Below, one piece after another: positions 1 to 9,537 of a stretch of DNA of 64,000 nt. Under the pieces are notes generated by a model that saw only the letters and a program-made list of their open reading frames with translations, was not told the DNA's origin and made no database searches. Source of the stretch: Acidobacteriota bacterium (GTDB lineage Bacteria > Acidobacteriota > CAIWXX01); contig JBFMAF010000020.1 of assembly GCA_040755995.1 (NCBI GenBank), positions 128,001 to 192,000 of the forward strand, written 5' to 3'. The first letter of the stretch is position 1; every line of letters starts with the position of its first letter. Made by a program: the position numbers and the translations under genes.

Positions 1-1
1 G

Positions 2-1105
2 CGTGCGGATGGCGAGCAACGGAGCCCAGCCGTACTGGACCTTGGGCGTCATCGACTCGCTGTAGGCATGCCGGGCGGCGGCTGCGGATCGCGAATCGAG
101 GAGCGGCCAGACGGATTCTCCCTGCACCTCTTCCGGGATCAGTATCTTCGCCGCAGACAGCAGTGTGGGGTAGAGGTCGATGGTCCTGACCTGCGCGGCA
201 ACCCTGGTCCTTTCCACCCACGGCGCCACCAGAAGGAACGGCACGTGCACGGCGTAGTCGTATATGAAATACCCATGTGTCAGCTCGCCGTGGTCCCCGA
301 GCCCCTCGCCGTGATCCCCGATGATCGCGACCACGGTGCGCTCGCGCACACGGTGCTCGTCCAGCCACGCCATGCAGCGCCCGATCTGTTCGTCCATGAA
401 GGCTATCTCTCCATCGTAGAGCCCGACGATTCCTCCGCGTTTGTACTCCGAGAGGTACGGCTCAGGGGGTGCGTATGGAGTGTGCGGATCGTACAGGTGT
501 ATCCAGGCGAAGAACGGCCTGTCGCCGTGGTTGTCCAACCAGGATAGCGCCGCGCTGACGACCTGGTCGCCCGGCCGCTGGACGAGGCCGAGGTCGAGCT
601 TCTTGTACTTCTTGAGGTCGAATTGATCGTCATAGTGATGGAATCCCTGGTTGAGGCCCCAGCGCCCGTCCAGAACGAAGGCACCGACGAATGCGCCGCA
701 GTCGTACCCCTGCGCGGCGAACGCCTCGGCCAGCGTCTCGTGCGCCGCTGAAAGCGCAGTGTTGCCGTTGACTCGAACGCCGTGGCAGGTTGGGTAGAGC
801 CCGGTCATGATCGAGGAGTGCGACGGGAGCGTGAGCGGCGAAGAGGCAACGCACTGCTCGAAAAGCACTCCGTGTTTCGCGAGCGCATCCAGGCTGGGCG
901 TCCGCACCGAGCGGTACCCGTAGGCGCCCAGGTGGTCGGCGCGTGTGGTGTCGAGAGTGATCAGCAGTACATTGGGCCTGTCGATTTCCGGCGTACGGGT
1001 CCCAGCAGGGTGGTCGGGCCGTTCACGAAGAGGTGCAAGGAGGAGGCCTGCGAGGATTGCGAGCAATGGGGCCGCGACCGCGAGAGCGGCCTTCTTCCTC
1101 CTCAC
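2..1105 (-). CDS. Sulfatase-like hydrolase/transferase (alkaline phosphatase superfamily), 3' end runs off the window
   Basis: Translated by hand (absent from ORF track because it has no stop in the window). GTG start, N-terminal hydrophobic anchor, then PNVLLITLDTTRADHLGAYG, SPLTLPSHSSIMTG, FFAWIHLYDPHTPY and IIGDHGEGLGDHGELTHG. Confidence 0.85.
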   Translation of the reverse strand, partial: MRRKKAALAVAAPLLAILAGLLLAPLRERPDHPAGTRTPEIDRPNVLLITLDTTRADHLGAYGYRSVRTPSLDALAKHGVLFEQCVASSPLTLPSHSSIMTGLYPTCHGVRVNGNTALSAAHETLAEAFAAQGYDCGAFVGAFVLDGRWGLNQGFHHYDDQFDLKKYKKLDLGLVQRPGDQVVSAALSWLDNHGDRPFFAWIHLYDPHTPYAPPEPYLSEYKRGGIVGLYDGEIAFMDEQIGRCMAWLDEHRVRERTVVAIIGDHGEGLGDHGELTHGYFIYDYAVHVPFLLVAPWVERTRVAAQVRTIDLYPTLLSAAKILIPEEVQGESVWPLLDSRSAAAARHAYSESMTPKVQYGWAPLLAIRT

Positions 1106-1341
1106 CAGAGTGCCCCCCACGGGACTTCTCGCGCATTGGAGGAGGACGACGGGACGACCGCCGATCGGCCCAGTGTACCGTCACTCGCGAGGCTGAAGAG
1201 CAATGCCCGCATGCCGTACATTCCTGGCATTGTAGCACTGAGTCTATCCAGCGCGACATAGGTCGCGCTGTACATGCCGGCGGTCCATCGCGATTCGTTT
1301 CAGGCGATCGCCGGCCCGGCGCAGCCCGCGGGGATTTCTCC

Positions 1342-1370
1342 TTGAATCGTCGAATCCTCCGGGCTATAGT
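1342..1370 (+). promoter_or_regulatory. Putative sigma70 promoter of the TBDR gene
   Basis: TTGAAT-N17-TATAGT about 120 nt upstream of the ATG at 1490. Confidence 0.5.
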
Positions 1371-1489
1371 ACGAGTCACTGAGCAGATCCTGCATCACAG
1401 CTCGTCGTGCTGCTGGGGATTCCTGGGGGCCGGAAGGCGAACGATGCGATTGATCAGTGGCATTCTACGATGCACACGGAGGCTCCAAG

Positions 1490-4400
1490 ATGGGACGATC
1501 ACCGCTTCCGATGCGATCTCTGTTCTTCGTCGCTCTTATTGCTCTTCTCGTACCCGATCGAGTTCCCGGCCAGTCTATCCAATACGGGAAGCTGACCGGG
1601 AGAGTCACGTTACAGACAGGTGAGGTTCTTCCTGGGGCGAGTGTCGACCTGAGCAGCGACGCTCTTATTTCGGGCAGCCGCTCCACGGTGACCTCACTGG
1701 CCGGCAACTATGCATTCCCGAACCTGCCTGTGGGGAAATACCGAGTGACAGCGTCACGCGAGGGGTTCAAGACTGTGATTCGCGAGGACATCGTCGTATC
1801 CGCAGACGCGGTCGTCACTCTGGATCTGGTGATGGAGCTGGGTGAGATTTCGGAGAGTGTGGTTGTGACGGCGTCAGGGCCGGTCGTCGACAGCAGGACC
1901 TCCATAGTCGCGACGACGCTGGATTCGGATATGCTGGCCAGCCTTCCGACGGCCCGTGATGCCTTCTATGATCTCACGTTGACGGCCCCGGGCATGTTCG
2001 ATGCCGGCAAGGTTGCGGCCTGGATGCCGAGCCCGACGGCGTACGGGTCAGGCACCAACGAGAACGTCTTCATGGTGAACGGTGTGAACACGACTGATCC
2101 GCGCGCAAGCTCATTCGGCTCGCTCGTCAGAGTGAACTACGATCTGGTGAAGGAGGTGCGGATCGCAGCTCTGGGCAACAAGGCCGAGTATATCAACGCG
2201 ACTGGTGTGGCAGTAGATGTGGTGACCAAGTCGGGTGGCAATACGTTCAGCGGCACTCTCAGCACCTACTTCCAGCTGGGCAAGCCGGCGAACAACGTCC
2301 CGGATGCAGACGATGATCTGGGCCGGGACTGGCTGAGCGTCGGCCAGCTCGCACGACTTGTGACGACGACCGAGAAGGACCAGGAATTGAGCCTCTCGCT
2401 GGGCGGGCCCATCGTCAAGAACAAGGTCTGGTTCTTCGCCGCGTACGATCACGCGAAGGAGGATCTCAAGGAGTCGGTCTGGCCGGTGCTGGTTGAGAGC
2501 ACCGATCGCTACTTCGATTTCAAGGTCTCCGCGCAACCATCCGAGAACAGCAGCATCTGGGGGGCCTGCCACATCGAGAGGAACCTCTTCAACGGGGACT
2601 CCTACGGACAGGAAGTCCCGTGGGACGCGTCGATGACGTATGACCTTGACCAGAACATCAACGCGATCTCTTCCGAATGGCAGTATTTCCCCAGCCGCTC
2701 GAACCTGTACTCGGCCAAGTATCTGGGGTTTTGGAGCGACTGGACGCCGCGACTCCCTCAGGATGCGCCCGCGAATCCGGGCTACGTCAATTGGTGGAAG
2801 TGGAAGGAGTTCGGTGTCGACGGGCACTTCCCTTGGATCGAGGCGAATTACTGCAGCCGCCATACCGTACAGGCGGACGTCACTCACTACGTGGAAGACT
2901 TCCTCGGCGAGCAGGACATCAAGTTCGGCGTCCAATACACTACCGGCAAGGGGAACTACATCGGCGGGTATTTCGCCGGCTATGCCAACTACGCGTATCC
3001 GCTCCGATGGTACCAGGACATTCAGTACTGCAAGGATGCGTACGGCGACACCGGCATGCTCTGGTACGTCAACCAGGTCCACATGCCGCCGTTCGAAACC
3101 GTTCGGAAGTACGACCAGGCTGGGCTGTTTCTTGATGATCAGTGGAATCCCAGCAGGCGCCTGACGCTCAATATTGGACTGCGCTTCGATCGAATGACCA
3201 GCCGGTACGGTGACGGGAAGGTTTATGACATACCATCGGATCCGCATGACCTCAAGTCCTCGCTGAGCGCCGTCCGGGATCGCGAGGGAACGGGGGATGT
3301 ATTCAACTTCAAGACTCTCTCTCCACGGCTCGGGCTGACGTACTCCCTGACCGAGGACGCGCGGACGGTCTTCCGAGCGAACTACGGCCGGTACTACGTG
3401 CCGATCGGGCTCGACAGCCTCGGCGTGATGGGACCCGACATGCCGCCCATGCGTCTGCACCGGCTCTACATCAACATGCCCTGGGAGGTCGTCGATACGA
3501 ACGGCAACAACTATATCGATCCGGAGGAGGTCGAGGCCGCGGCGCGGTTGCTGAAGGGCTACAAGCCTTACGCGGATGAGTGGGAGGAATGGGATCCGTC
3601 GTGGCGATGCAAGGTGGCCGACGGCACGAAGCCGGAGCACACCGACCAGTTCACGCTGAACTTCGAACGGGAGATAGTTCGAGACCTGTCCTTCTCGGCC
3701 ACGGCCATATACAAGAGATCGAGCAACATCCTGGCCAACTGGCCGATCAACCGCGCGACAGGGCAGCCGTTCGAGTATGAGCGTGTGCCCTACACGACGA
3801 AATACGGCCAGACCGTCGATCTCTGGAGCATCGTCATGAAAGACTACAACGGCGACGGCCGCATAGACGGCGGCGACCTGCGTTGGATCATGATGAACAC
3901 CGACTACGAGGTGCGCAACCTGCCCAAGAGCATCGACGGTGTCGATACGGATCGGTCGTACGGCGGCCTGCAGCTCGTCCTGAACAAGCGATATTCCAAC
4001 CGCTGGCAGTTGCTGCTCTCGTTCCTCTACTCGAGCTCCAACGGCCCAGCCAATCGCACCAACTCCCAGGACTTCAACATCGAAGGACCGATGGTGATGG
4101 GCAGAGCCTGGCTCAGCACCCTGAACCAGCTGGTGAACAACACCGAAGGCCCGCTGCCCTTCACGTCGAAATACGAATTCAAGGCGTCTGGTTCGTACCG
4201 CGTCCCGAAAGTGGAAATGGACGTGGGCGCGCGCTTCCGGTACAACTCCGGGCGCCCCGTCTGGTGGCTGGATGACTTCCCGGTAATAACTCCGTGGTCA
4301 TCACCCCCGGGCGGTGTTGTCAACACGGGGAACAAGGCCATAATCGTCGGCGTCGATCCCAAGAATCCTCTCTACCTCCCGCCCGCCAGCATCCTGGACC

Positions 4401-4582
4401 TGCGCCTGGAGCGCGCCTTCGATCTCGGCAAGGACACCTCCTTGCGCGTGATTCTCGACTGCTTCAACGTCTTCAACGCCGGGACGATCACCAACATCGA
4501 CTATCACTACAATCCGGGCACGGCGACCGGCCTGATCTTCCCGCCACGCAAGCTGCGAGTGGGCGTCTCGTACGTGTTCTAG
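1490..4582 (+). CDS. TonB-dependent outer-membrane receptor (Oar-like, N-terminal carboxypeptidase-regulatory-like domain)
   Basis: GGAGG RBS, signal peptide, GKLTGRV...LPGASV...GKYRVTASREGF domain, plug motif VDVVTKSGGNTFSG, SPRLGLTYSL, terminal LRVGVSYVF. Confidence 0.92.
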   Translation: MGRSPLPMRSLFFVALIALLVPDRVPGQSIQYGKLTGRVTLQTGEVLPGASVDLSSDALISGSRSTVTSLAGNYAFPNLPVGKYRVTASREGFKTVIREDIVVSADAVVTLDLVMELGEISESVVVTASGPVVDSRTSIVATTLDSDMLASLPTARDAFYDLTLTAPGMFDAGKVAAWMPSPTAYGSGTNENVFMVNGVNTTDPRASSFGSLVRVNYDLVKEVRIAALGNKAEYINATGVAVDVVTKSGGNTFSGTLSTYFQLGKPANNVPDADDDLGRDWLSVGQLARLVTTTEKDQELSLSLGGPIVKNKVWFFAAYDHAKEDLKESVWPVLVESTDRYFDFKVSAQPSENSSIWGACHIERNLFNGDSYGQEVPWDASMTYDLDQNINAISSEWQYFPSRSNLYSAKYLGFWSDWTPRLPQDAPANPGYVNWWKWKEFGVDGHFPWIEANYCSRHTVQADVTHYVEDFLGEQDIKFGVQYTTGKGNYIGGYFAGYANYAYPLRWYQDIQYCKDAYGDTGMLWYVNQVHMPPFETVRKYDQAGLFLDDQWNPSRRLTLNIGLRFDRMTSRYGDGKVYDIPSDPHDLKSSLSAVRDREGTGDVFNFKTLSPRLGLTYSLTEDARTVFRANYGRYYVPIGLDSLGVMGPDMPPMRLHRLYINMPWEVVDTNGNNYIDPEEVEAAARLLKGYKPYADEWEEWDPSWRCKVADGTKPEHTDQFTLNFEREIVRDLSFSATAIYKRSSNILANWPINRATGQPFEYERVPYTTKYGQTVDLWSIVMKDYNGDGRIDGGDLRWIMMNTDYEVRNLPKSIDGVDTDRSYGGLQLVLNKRYSNRWQLLLSFLYSSSNGPANRTNSQDFNIEGPMVMGRAWLSTLNQLVNNTEGPLPFTSKYEFKASGSYRVPKVEMDVGARFRYNSGRPVWWLDDFPVITPWSSPPGGVVNTGNKAIIVGVDPKNPLYLPPASILDLRLERAFDLGKDTSLRVILDCFNVFNAGTITNIDYHYNPGTATGLIFPPRKLRVGVSYVF

Positions 4583-4619
4583 CGAGGCTACGCCTCAGAC
4601 GCACGAGGTTCTGTCGTAC

Positions 4620-4700
4620 CCAGGCCGGTGCCCGTACCCGTACCCGATTGGGACGCGCATCGGGAACGGGTACCAACCCCCGATTCACGGGGCTCGAGCT
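4620..4700. repeat. REP-like intergenic element with CCCGTA/CCCGTG hexamer repeats and an inverted arm
   Basis: gtgcccgtacccgtacccgat...atcgggaacgggtac between convergent genes; related tracts near 59230-59300 and 61512-61570. Confidence 0.45.
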
Positions 4701-4899
4701 CCGGCCGCCGCCACGGCACCACCACCCGATGCCCCCGGCTGGCCAGCGGGTCGGATGGATCGTCAATCCGCACTTCCTATGCCTCGGGCGAGCGATGGCC
4801 CCAAGCCCCAGCGGCATCCGCCAGACTTAGGTTCTGCGGCGCCGCCTCGCCTTGCCGGGTGGAAGAACACGTTGTCCCGCGAGCCCCGGCGGGCGATCC

Positions 4900-6873
4900 C
4901 TATTTCCCCGCGGGCTTCTCAGCCTTCGGGCTCTCCTTTGCGTCCCGCGCGCAACGGAAGCCGACGGCGAAGTCGAGCCAGCCGGTCTTTAGCGCGTTCC
5001 GGTAGTAGACGCGATTGCACATCTTCCCCGAGTGCCACCCGCCGCCGCGAATCACGAAAAACTTGCCGTCCGGGTTACACGGATTCGTCCCTGGAGATTT
5101 CTCGTAGTAGGCGGCGTCGTAAGCGTCGGCCACGTATTCGACCACGTTTCCGGCCATGTCACAGAGCCCGTAGCCGTTGGGCTTGAAGCTGCCGACCGGT
5201 AGCGTGCCGATCGTCTGCCGCGCGAAGTTTGCGTCTGCAGCGGTGAGCTCATCGCCATTCGGGAATGGCTTCTCCACAAGCCCTCCGCGGGCTGCGTACT
5301 CCCACTCCGCCTCCGTTGGCAGGCGCAGTCCCTGCCACTCGGCGAAGCTCTTTGCATCGTCGTAGCTGACTCCGACGATCGGATGGTTCGGGAAGTCCGG
5401 CCCGCAATGGAACCCGGCCATGCCCCAGAACACGGGGAGCTTCCTATCTGTGGCCGCGCAGAACTGGAAATACTCGGCGTTCGTCACCTCGGTCTTGTCG
5501 ATGTGAAACGAATCCAGCGTGACTTCATGAGGCGGGTTGTCGACGGGCGCGGATACTGCATCTTTCATGGAGCCGGCGGGTCTCCCCATCACGAAGGTCC
5601 CCCCGGGCACGAGCACCATCTTGCCCAGGCGCTTCTCGGACGCCATGCCATCGACGGGCAGGCCCTCGATCTCTGCGAGCAGGCCGGGGCAGCGTCGGCA
5701 CTGCGGGTACAGCTCCATTGTCTTCTTGACGCTGGCGAGCGCGGCGTCGCGGTCGCCCTTCAGCTTGTATGCCTCCGCAAGCGCCACATGGGCGAGGGCC
5801 GATTTGGGAGAGATATCGACGGTGAGCTTCAGGAGATCGATCGCCTCCTTCACCTTCGCTTCGCCCATCCACAGTCGCGCTACGGCGATAAAGCGCCCTT
5901 CGGCCGACGGCGCCTGATTCGGGCTCGCTGCGCGCAGCTTCTCAACGAGAGGCGCCGCCGCACCCGTGTCGTCCGACAACACGGCGTTCAGGATGACGTT
6001 CTCGTTCAGAAAGTCGCGCACGAGCCTGTTGAACTCTTGCGGCTGCTCCATGTGAACAAGGTGTCCGGCCTTCGACACAACCTCGCGCTGTACGTCGGGC
6101 AGCCCGGCCTCGATCGCCCCCGCATGCACGAAAACGTCGGGGATGTCGTACTCACCGATCAGGATCAGTGCCGGGGCCGAGACCTGCCCGAGGATCTTGA
6201 CAGCCTGCGTCGGATCACGCTTCTGGAACGAGTCGTTCTCCGGGGGGAAGTTCTGCGGATTCTGATCGAGAAGTCGCCGCGCCTTGTCGCGGGCGACTCG
6301 GTTCTCGGGATAGATGGCATACGGGTCCCTTTCGATGAAGTACTCGCGGAGAAGCTCGGGGGACGCTTTGATCTCCTCAGTCAGCCGCCCGCCCCTGCTG
6401 AAGAAGTGATCGCTGTAGCCCATCCCCGAGACGACGGCGCCCACGAGCACGAGCGATCTGACCTTGTCGGGGTGGGCGAGAGTGAAGTCGATGGCTAGTC
6501 TGCCACCGGCGGAGCAGCCGATCAGGTCGGCCTTGTCGACCTTGAGCTGCTGGAAGAGCGATTCGAGGTCTTCCAGGTTGGAGTACGGCTCGGTCGGTTT
6601 CGGCGACCGGCCGTAGCCGCGCCGATCGTAGCGGATCACGTGGTGGTCCTTCGACAGCTCGGTGAACTGATCGTCCCAGGTCTCGCGGTGGAGCAGCCCG
6701 TCATGGATGAGCACGATCGTGTCACCGGTGCCTGCAGATTCGCAAAAGAGCTCTCCATTGCCGGAATGGACAAACCCGGACTCGACCACGGCCTTCCCCG
6801 TCTCCGGCGCTGCGGCCAGCGCCGCAGCGGCACAGCCTAGACCGACGACCAGCACGCACGTGGGCATTCTCAT
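4900..6873 (-). CDS. Secreted alpha/beta hydrolase-TPR-FGE/SUMF1-fold fusion protein
   Basis: AAGGAGG RBS and signal peptide; LIHDG, YDRRGYGRS, nucleophile elbow GCSAGG, AGHLVH; TPR-like helices; C-terminal FGE motifs TEVTNAEY, RLPTEAEWEYAARGG, DMAGNV.E, GFRCARD. Confidence 0.85.
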   Translation of the reverse strand: MRMPTCVLVVGLGCAAAALAAAPETGKAVVESGFVHSGNGELFCESAGTGDTIVLIHDGLLHRETWDDQFTELSKDHHVIRYDRRGYGRSPKPTEPYSNLEDLESLFQQLKVDKADLIGCSAGGRLAIDFTLAHPDKVRSLVLVGAVVSGMGYSDHFFSRGGRLTEEIKASPELLREYFIERDPYAIYPENRVARDKARRLLDQNPQNFPPENDSFQKRDPTQAVKILGQVSAPALILIGEYDIPDVFVHAGAIEAGLPDVQREVVSKAGHLVHMEQPQEFNRLVRDFLNENVILNAVLSDDTGAAAPLVEKLRAASPNQAPSAEGRFIAVARLWMGEAKVKEAIDLLKLTVDISPKSALAHVALAEAYKLKGDRDAALASVKKTMELYPQCRRCPGLLAEIEGLPVDGMASEKRLGKMVLVPGGTFVMGRPAGSMKDAVSAPVDNPPHEVTLDSFHIDKTEVTNAEYFQFCAATDRKLPVFWGMAGFHCGPDFPNHPIVGVSYDDAKSFAEWQGLRLPTEAEWEYAARGGLVEKPFPNGDELTAADANFARQTIGTLPVGSFKPNGYGLCDMAGNVVEYVADAYDAAYYEKSPGTNPCNPDGKFFVIRGGGWHSGKMCNRVYYRNALKTGWLDFAVGFRCARDAKESPKAEKPAGK

Positions 6874-7288
6874 GGCATCCTCCTTGGTCATGACTGGCAC
6901 CCTCGATACCACGTACTACGTCCGGGCAGTGCGGCGGTTTCGCCGGCGTGGGCCGCTCGAGCACCCCGGCTCAGGCCGTGCCGGAGAGTGCTCTACGTCG
7001 AATCTCCCGGAACCGCGATTCGGGCCCTCGGACGGATCCGGAATCCCGCCCGGCCCGCCTCGAAGCCCTCCTTGGACCGATTTTAGGAAACTTTTAGCCT
7101 TGGATTAGCGAACCTTCAGGACTGAGCGCCTCTCCTGCACTACATCCTGCGTGTGAGTGAGACGAATTCCGATTGCCGACGACAGCGTGTGAGTATCCGC
7201 GGGTCCAGGGCTGTCCAAGAGGGCGACGAACGGCTCGCGAATGGCCGATCAATCATTCGAAGGGGTAGTCCCCTTCAGGGAGTCTAAC

Positions 7289-9388
7289 ATGAGAACCAGG
7301 GTCGATTTCTTGTTTCTGTCTGGCGCGGTCACATTCCTACTCGCCCTCACACGTCCCCCACTCGTATCCGCCGGATCTGACGCGGCGCACCAGGGTCGGG
7401 GGTCCGGCCTGGTCAGGGCCGGCACCGCGGTGGCTGTGGCCGAGGCTGTCTTGGATGATCTTGTCCGGGAGGGGAAATCCGGTTGGACCGCACAGTCACG
7501 TGCCGTGGCGGCCTACCCGATCTACATCCCGGGGATCGAAGGAGTGTCCTTCCACGAGATCAAGATCACGACGGGTGGCAGAGACTCCGGGTACATCCTT
7601 GTCAACGTGAACAAGACCGATCTTCAAGTCCCTGAGCTGACATCCGAAGCGACGACGTTGCATGAGATCTACAGGGAGAAGACGGGACGCCGCGACCTGA
7701 AGATCTATCGATACGACTGGTTCAGGAGCGTTGCTGTCAGGACGTCCGGAGGCAAAGAGACGATGGTCGCCGCCATCGGCTTCTCTGGACACACAGACGT
7801 CGCACTTCTCGATGGCCCCGGCCCGGACGAACTGCGCACAAACGTGGCCGAGTACGACCAGGCATATCGAAAGGAGGCCGGGCAGAAGCGGTGCGTCCCA
7901 TACTACCTGAAGGAAGAAATCGATCTGGAATACCTCGAGATCGAGTCGGCTGCGCAGCTCGAAAGGATCGACGGCGTTTCCACCAATCGGATCAGGTCGC
8001 CCCTGTCCGGCGATACTCACACCCGCTATTTCCTGAAGTACATCATGCGTGTCGACGGTGCCCGCGCCATGTCCGGCGATTTCGATTCCGACGGCCGCAA
8101 AGACGATGTGGGCGCATTCAATCAGGACGCATGGACGTTCTCCTTCGACTACGATCACAATATGACCCAAGACGCCTCATTCACACGATGGGGGCTGGGC
8201 GACGATCGTCCGCTGGCAGGTGATTTCGACAGGGACGGCTTCGAAGACGATGTCGTGCTCTTTCGTCCGTCTAGTTGTTACTGGTACGTCGACTTGAATC
8301 GGAACGGGAACACAGACAAGACCGTGATCAGGTGGGGCAATCCCGGGGACATCCCGGTTGTCGGGGATTTCGACTCTGACGGGCACGAGGACGACCTGGG
8401 AGTGTTCCGGCCCTCGGACAGAAAATGGTACTACGACTACGATCATGACCGGACTACCAACTACATAAGTAGACCATGGGCCAACTCCGGCGACATACCG
8501 CTGGTGGGTGATTTCGATCGGGACGGGTATTTGGACGACGTGGCAGTCTTCAGATCCACCGATCGAAAGTGGTACTACGACTACAACCACAATGCGACAA
8601 CCGACGCGACGAGCGGCCCGTGGGCGGAGAACGGGGACCAGGCGCTGAGCGGCGACTTCGATGGTGACGGATTCCGTGACGACATTGCAATCTACAGACC
8701 CACTGACGCCAGCTGGTGGTACGACGACAACCGTGATTCGAGCACGGATACTAACTACGGGCCGTGGGGGGAGACAGGGAACAACTGGCATCTCCCTTCG
8801 TGGCATCAACCACAGAATGGGGATGGATACCCCGTGGGGTGTGGCAACACCGCCTGGGCAATGGTCTATGCCTACTGGAAGCACTTCAAGGGGAAGACGG
8901 CGCTCTTCAACGGAACCGACTTGACCAACCTGACCAGGGCCAGCGCCTGTGACAGCGGGATTGTCAACCAGGTGATGTGGGCACTTGCGGACTACAACGA
9001 TACGTTCTGGGGCGGGTCGGGTTCCGACAAGTGGGGCGCAACCCTGCCGGGAGACATGCCCCATGGGATCGACTATGCAAGGGCGAAAGGATACGCCAGC
9101 GCCAGCTGCGGACACTGGCAGGGGGCTGACGTGAGTAAGTGGACAGCCATTCGCGATGAGATACGGAGCGACAGGCCTGTGATCCTGTACATCACCTTGG
9201 ACCACTACATCTGCATCGAAGCTGTCCACTACATCGATCGCGGCAGAGGGAAGGAGAAGGTCTACGGCTATCTGGGCAACTGGGGCTGGGGCGAAACCGG
9301 GAGCATTACCCACAAGTGGTTCTACACTCGACCGTTATGGTGGGATCCTCACTACAACACTTACAACGCCTACTTCCCGCGAATGTAG
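7289..9388 (+). CDS. Secreted papain-fold (C10 streptopain-like) cysteine protease with prodomain and five FG-GAP/VCBS-like repeats
   Basis: Signal peptide; five ~49-aa GDFDxDG..DD..VFRP repeats (about 8071-8770); catalytic motifs WHQ...VGCGNTAWAM, DHYICIE, YLGNWGWG. Confidence 0.8.
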   Translation: MRTRVDFLFLSGAVTFLLALTRPPLVSAGSDAAHQGRGSGLVRAGTAVAVAEAVLDDLVREGKSGWTAQSRAVAAYPIYIPGIEGVSFHEIKITTGGRDSGYILVNVNKTDLQVPELTSEATTLHEIYREKTGRRDLKIYRYDWFRSVAVRTSGGKETMVAAIGFSGHTDVALLDGPGPDELRTNVAEYDQAYRKEAGQKRCVPYYLKEEIDLEYLEIESAAQLERIDGVSTNRIRSPLSGDTHTRYFLKYIMRVDGARAMSGDFDSDGRKDDVGAFNQDAWTFSFDYDHNMTQDASFTRWGLGDDRPLAGDFDRDGFEDDVVLFRPSSCYWYVDLNRNGNTDKTVIRWGNPGDIPVVGDFDSDGHEDDLGVFRPSDRKWYYDYDHDRTTNYISRPWANSGDIPLVGDFDRDGYLDDVAVFRSTDRKWYYDYNHNATTDATSGPWAENGDQALSGDFDGDGFRDDIAIYRPTDASWWYDDNRDSSTDTNYGPWGETGNNWHLPSWHQPQNGDGYPVGCGNTAWAMVYAYWKHFKGKTALFNGTDLTNLTRASACDSGIVNQVMWALADYNDTFWGGSGSDKWGATLPGDMPHGIDYARAKGYASASCGHWQGADVSKWTAIRDEIRSDRPVILYITLDHYICIEAVHYIDRGRGKEKVYGYLGNWGWGETGSITHKWFYTRPLWWDPHYNTYNAYFPRM

Positions 9389-9537
9389 CCTGCAGGATGT
9401 CACTGTGCGAAGAGCAAGATCGGTCGCAAAGCGACGGCAACGGACAGGACTCGACCCGGGGGGCGATGGATTGCCGTGGGAGAGTCCGGACAGCCGAGCC
9501 GGGCGAGAAGTCAGTCAATCATTCATAGGAGCTTGAC

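Noticed and set aside
2111..3640. Long antisense or alternate-frame ORFs (also 22608-24704 +, 25202-26728 +, 28903-30150 -, 34288-36021 -, 47459-49285 +, 53612-55591 +, 62149-63447 +)
   Set aside because: They overlap well-supported genes and lack motifs; typical shadow ORFs of high-GC coding DNA.
7149..7278. GCGTGTGAGT direct repeat (7149, 7185) and a hairpin next to the RBS of the C10-like gene as a riboswitch
   Set aside because: No recognisable riboswitch consensus, and not seen upstream of the paralogue.
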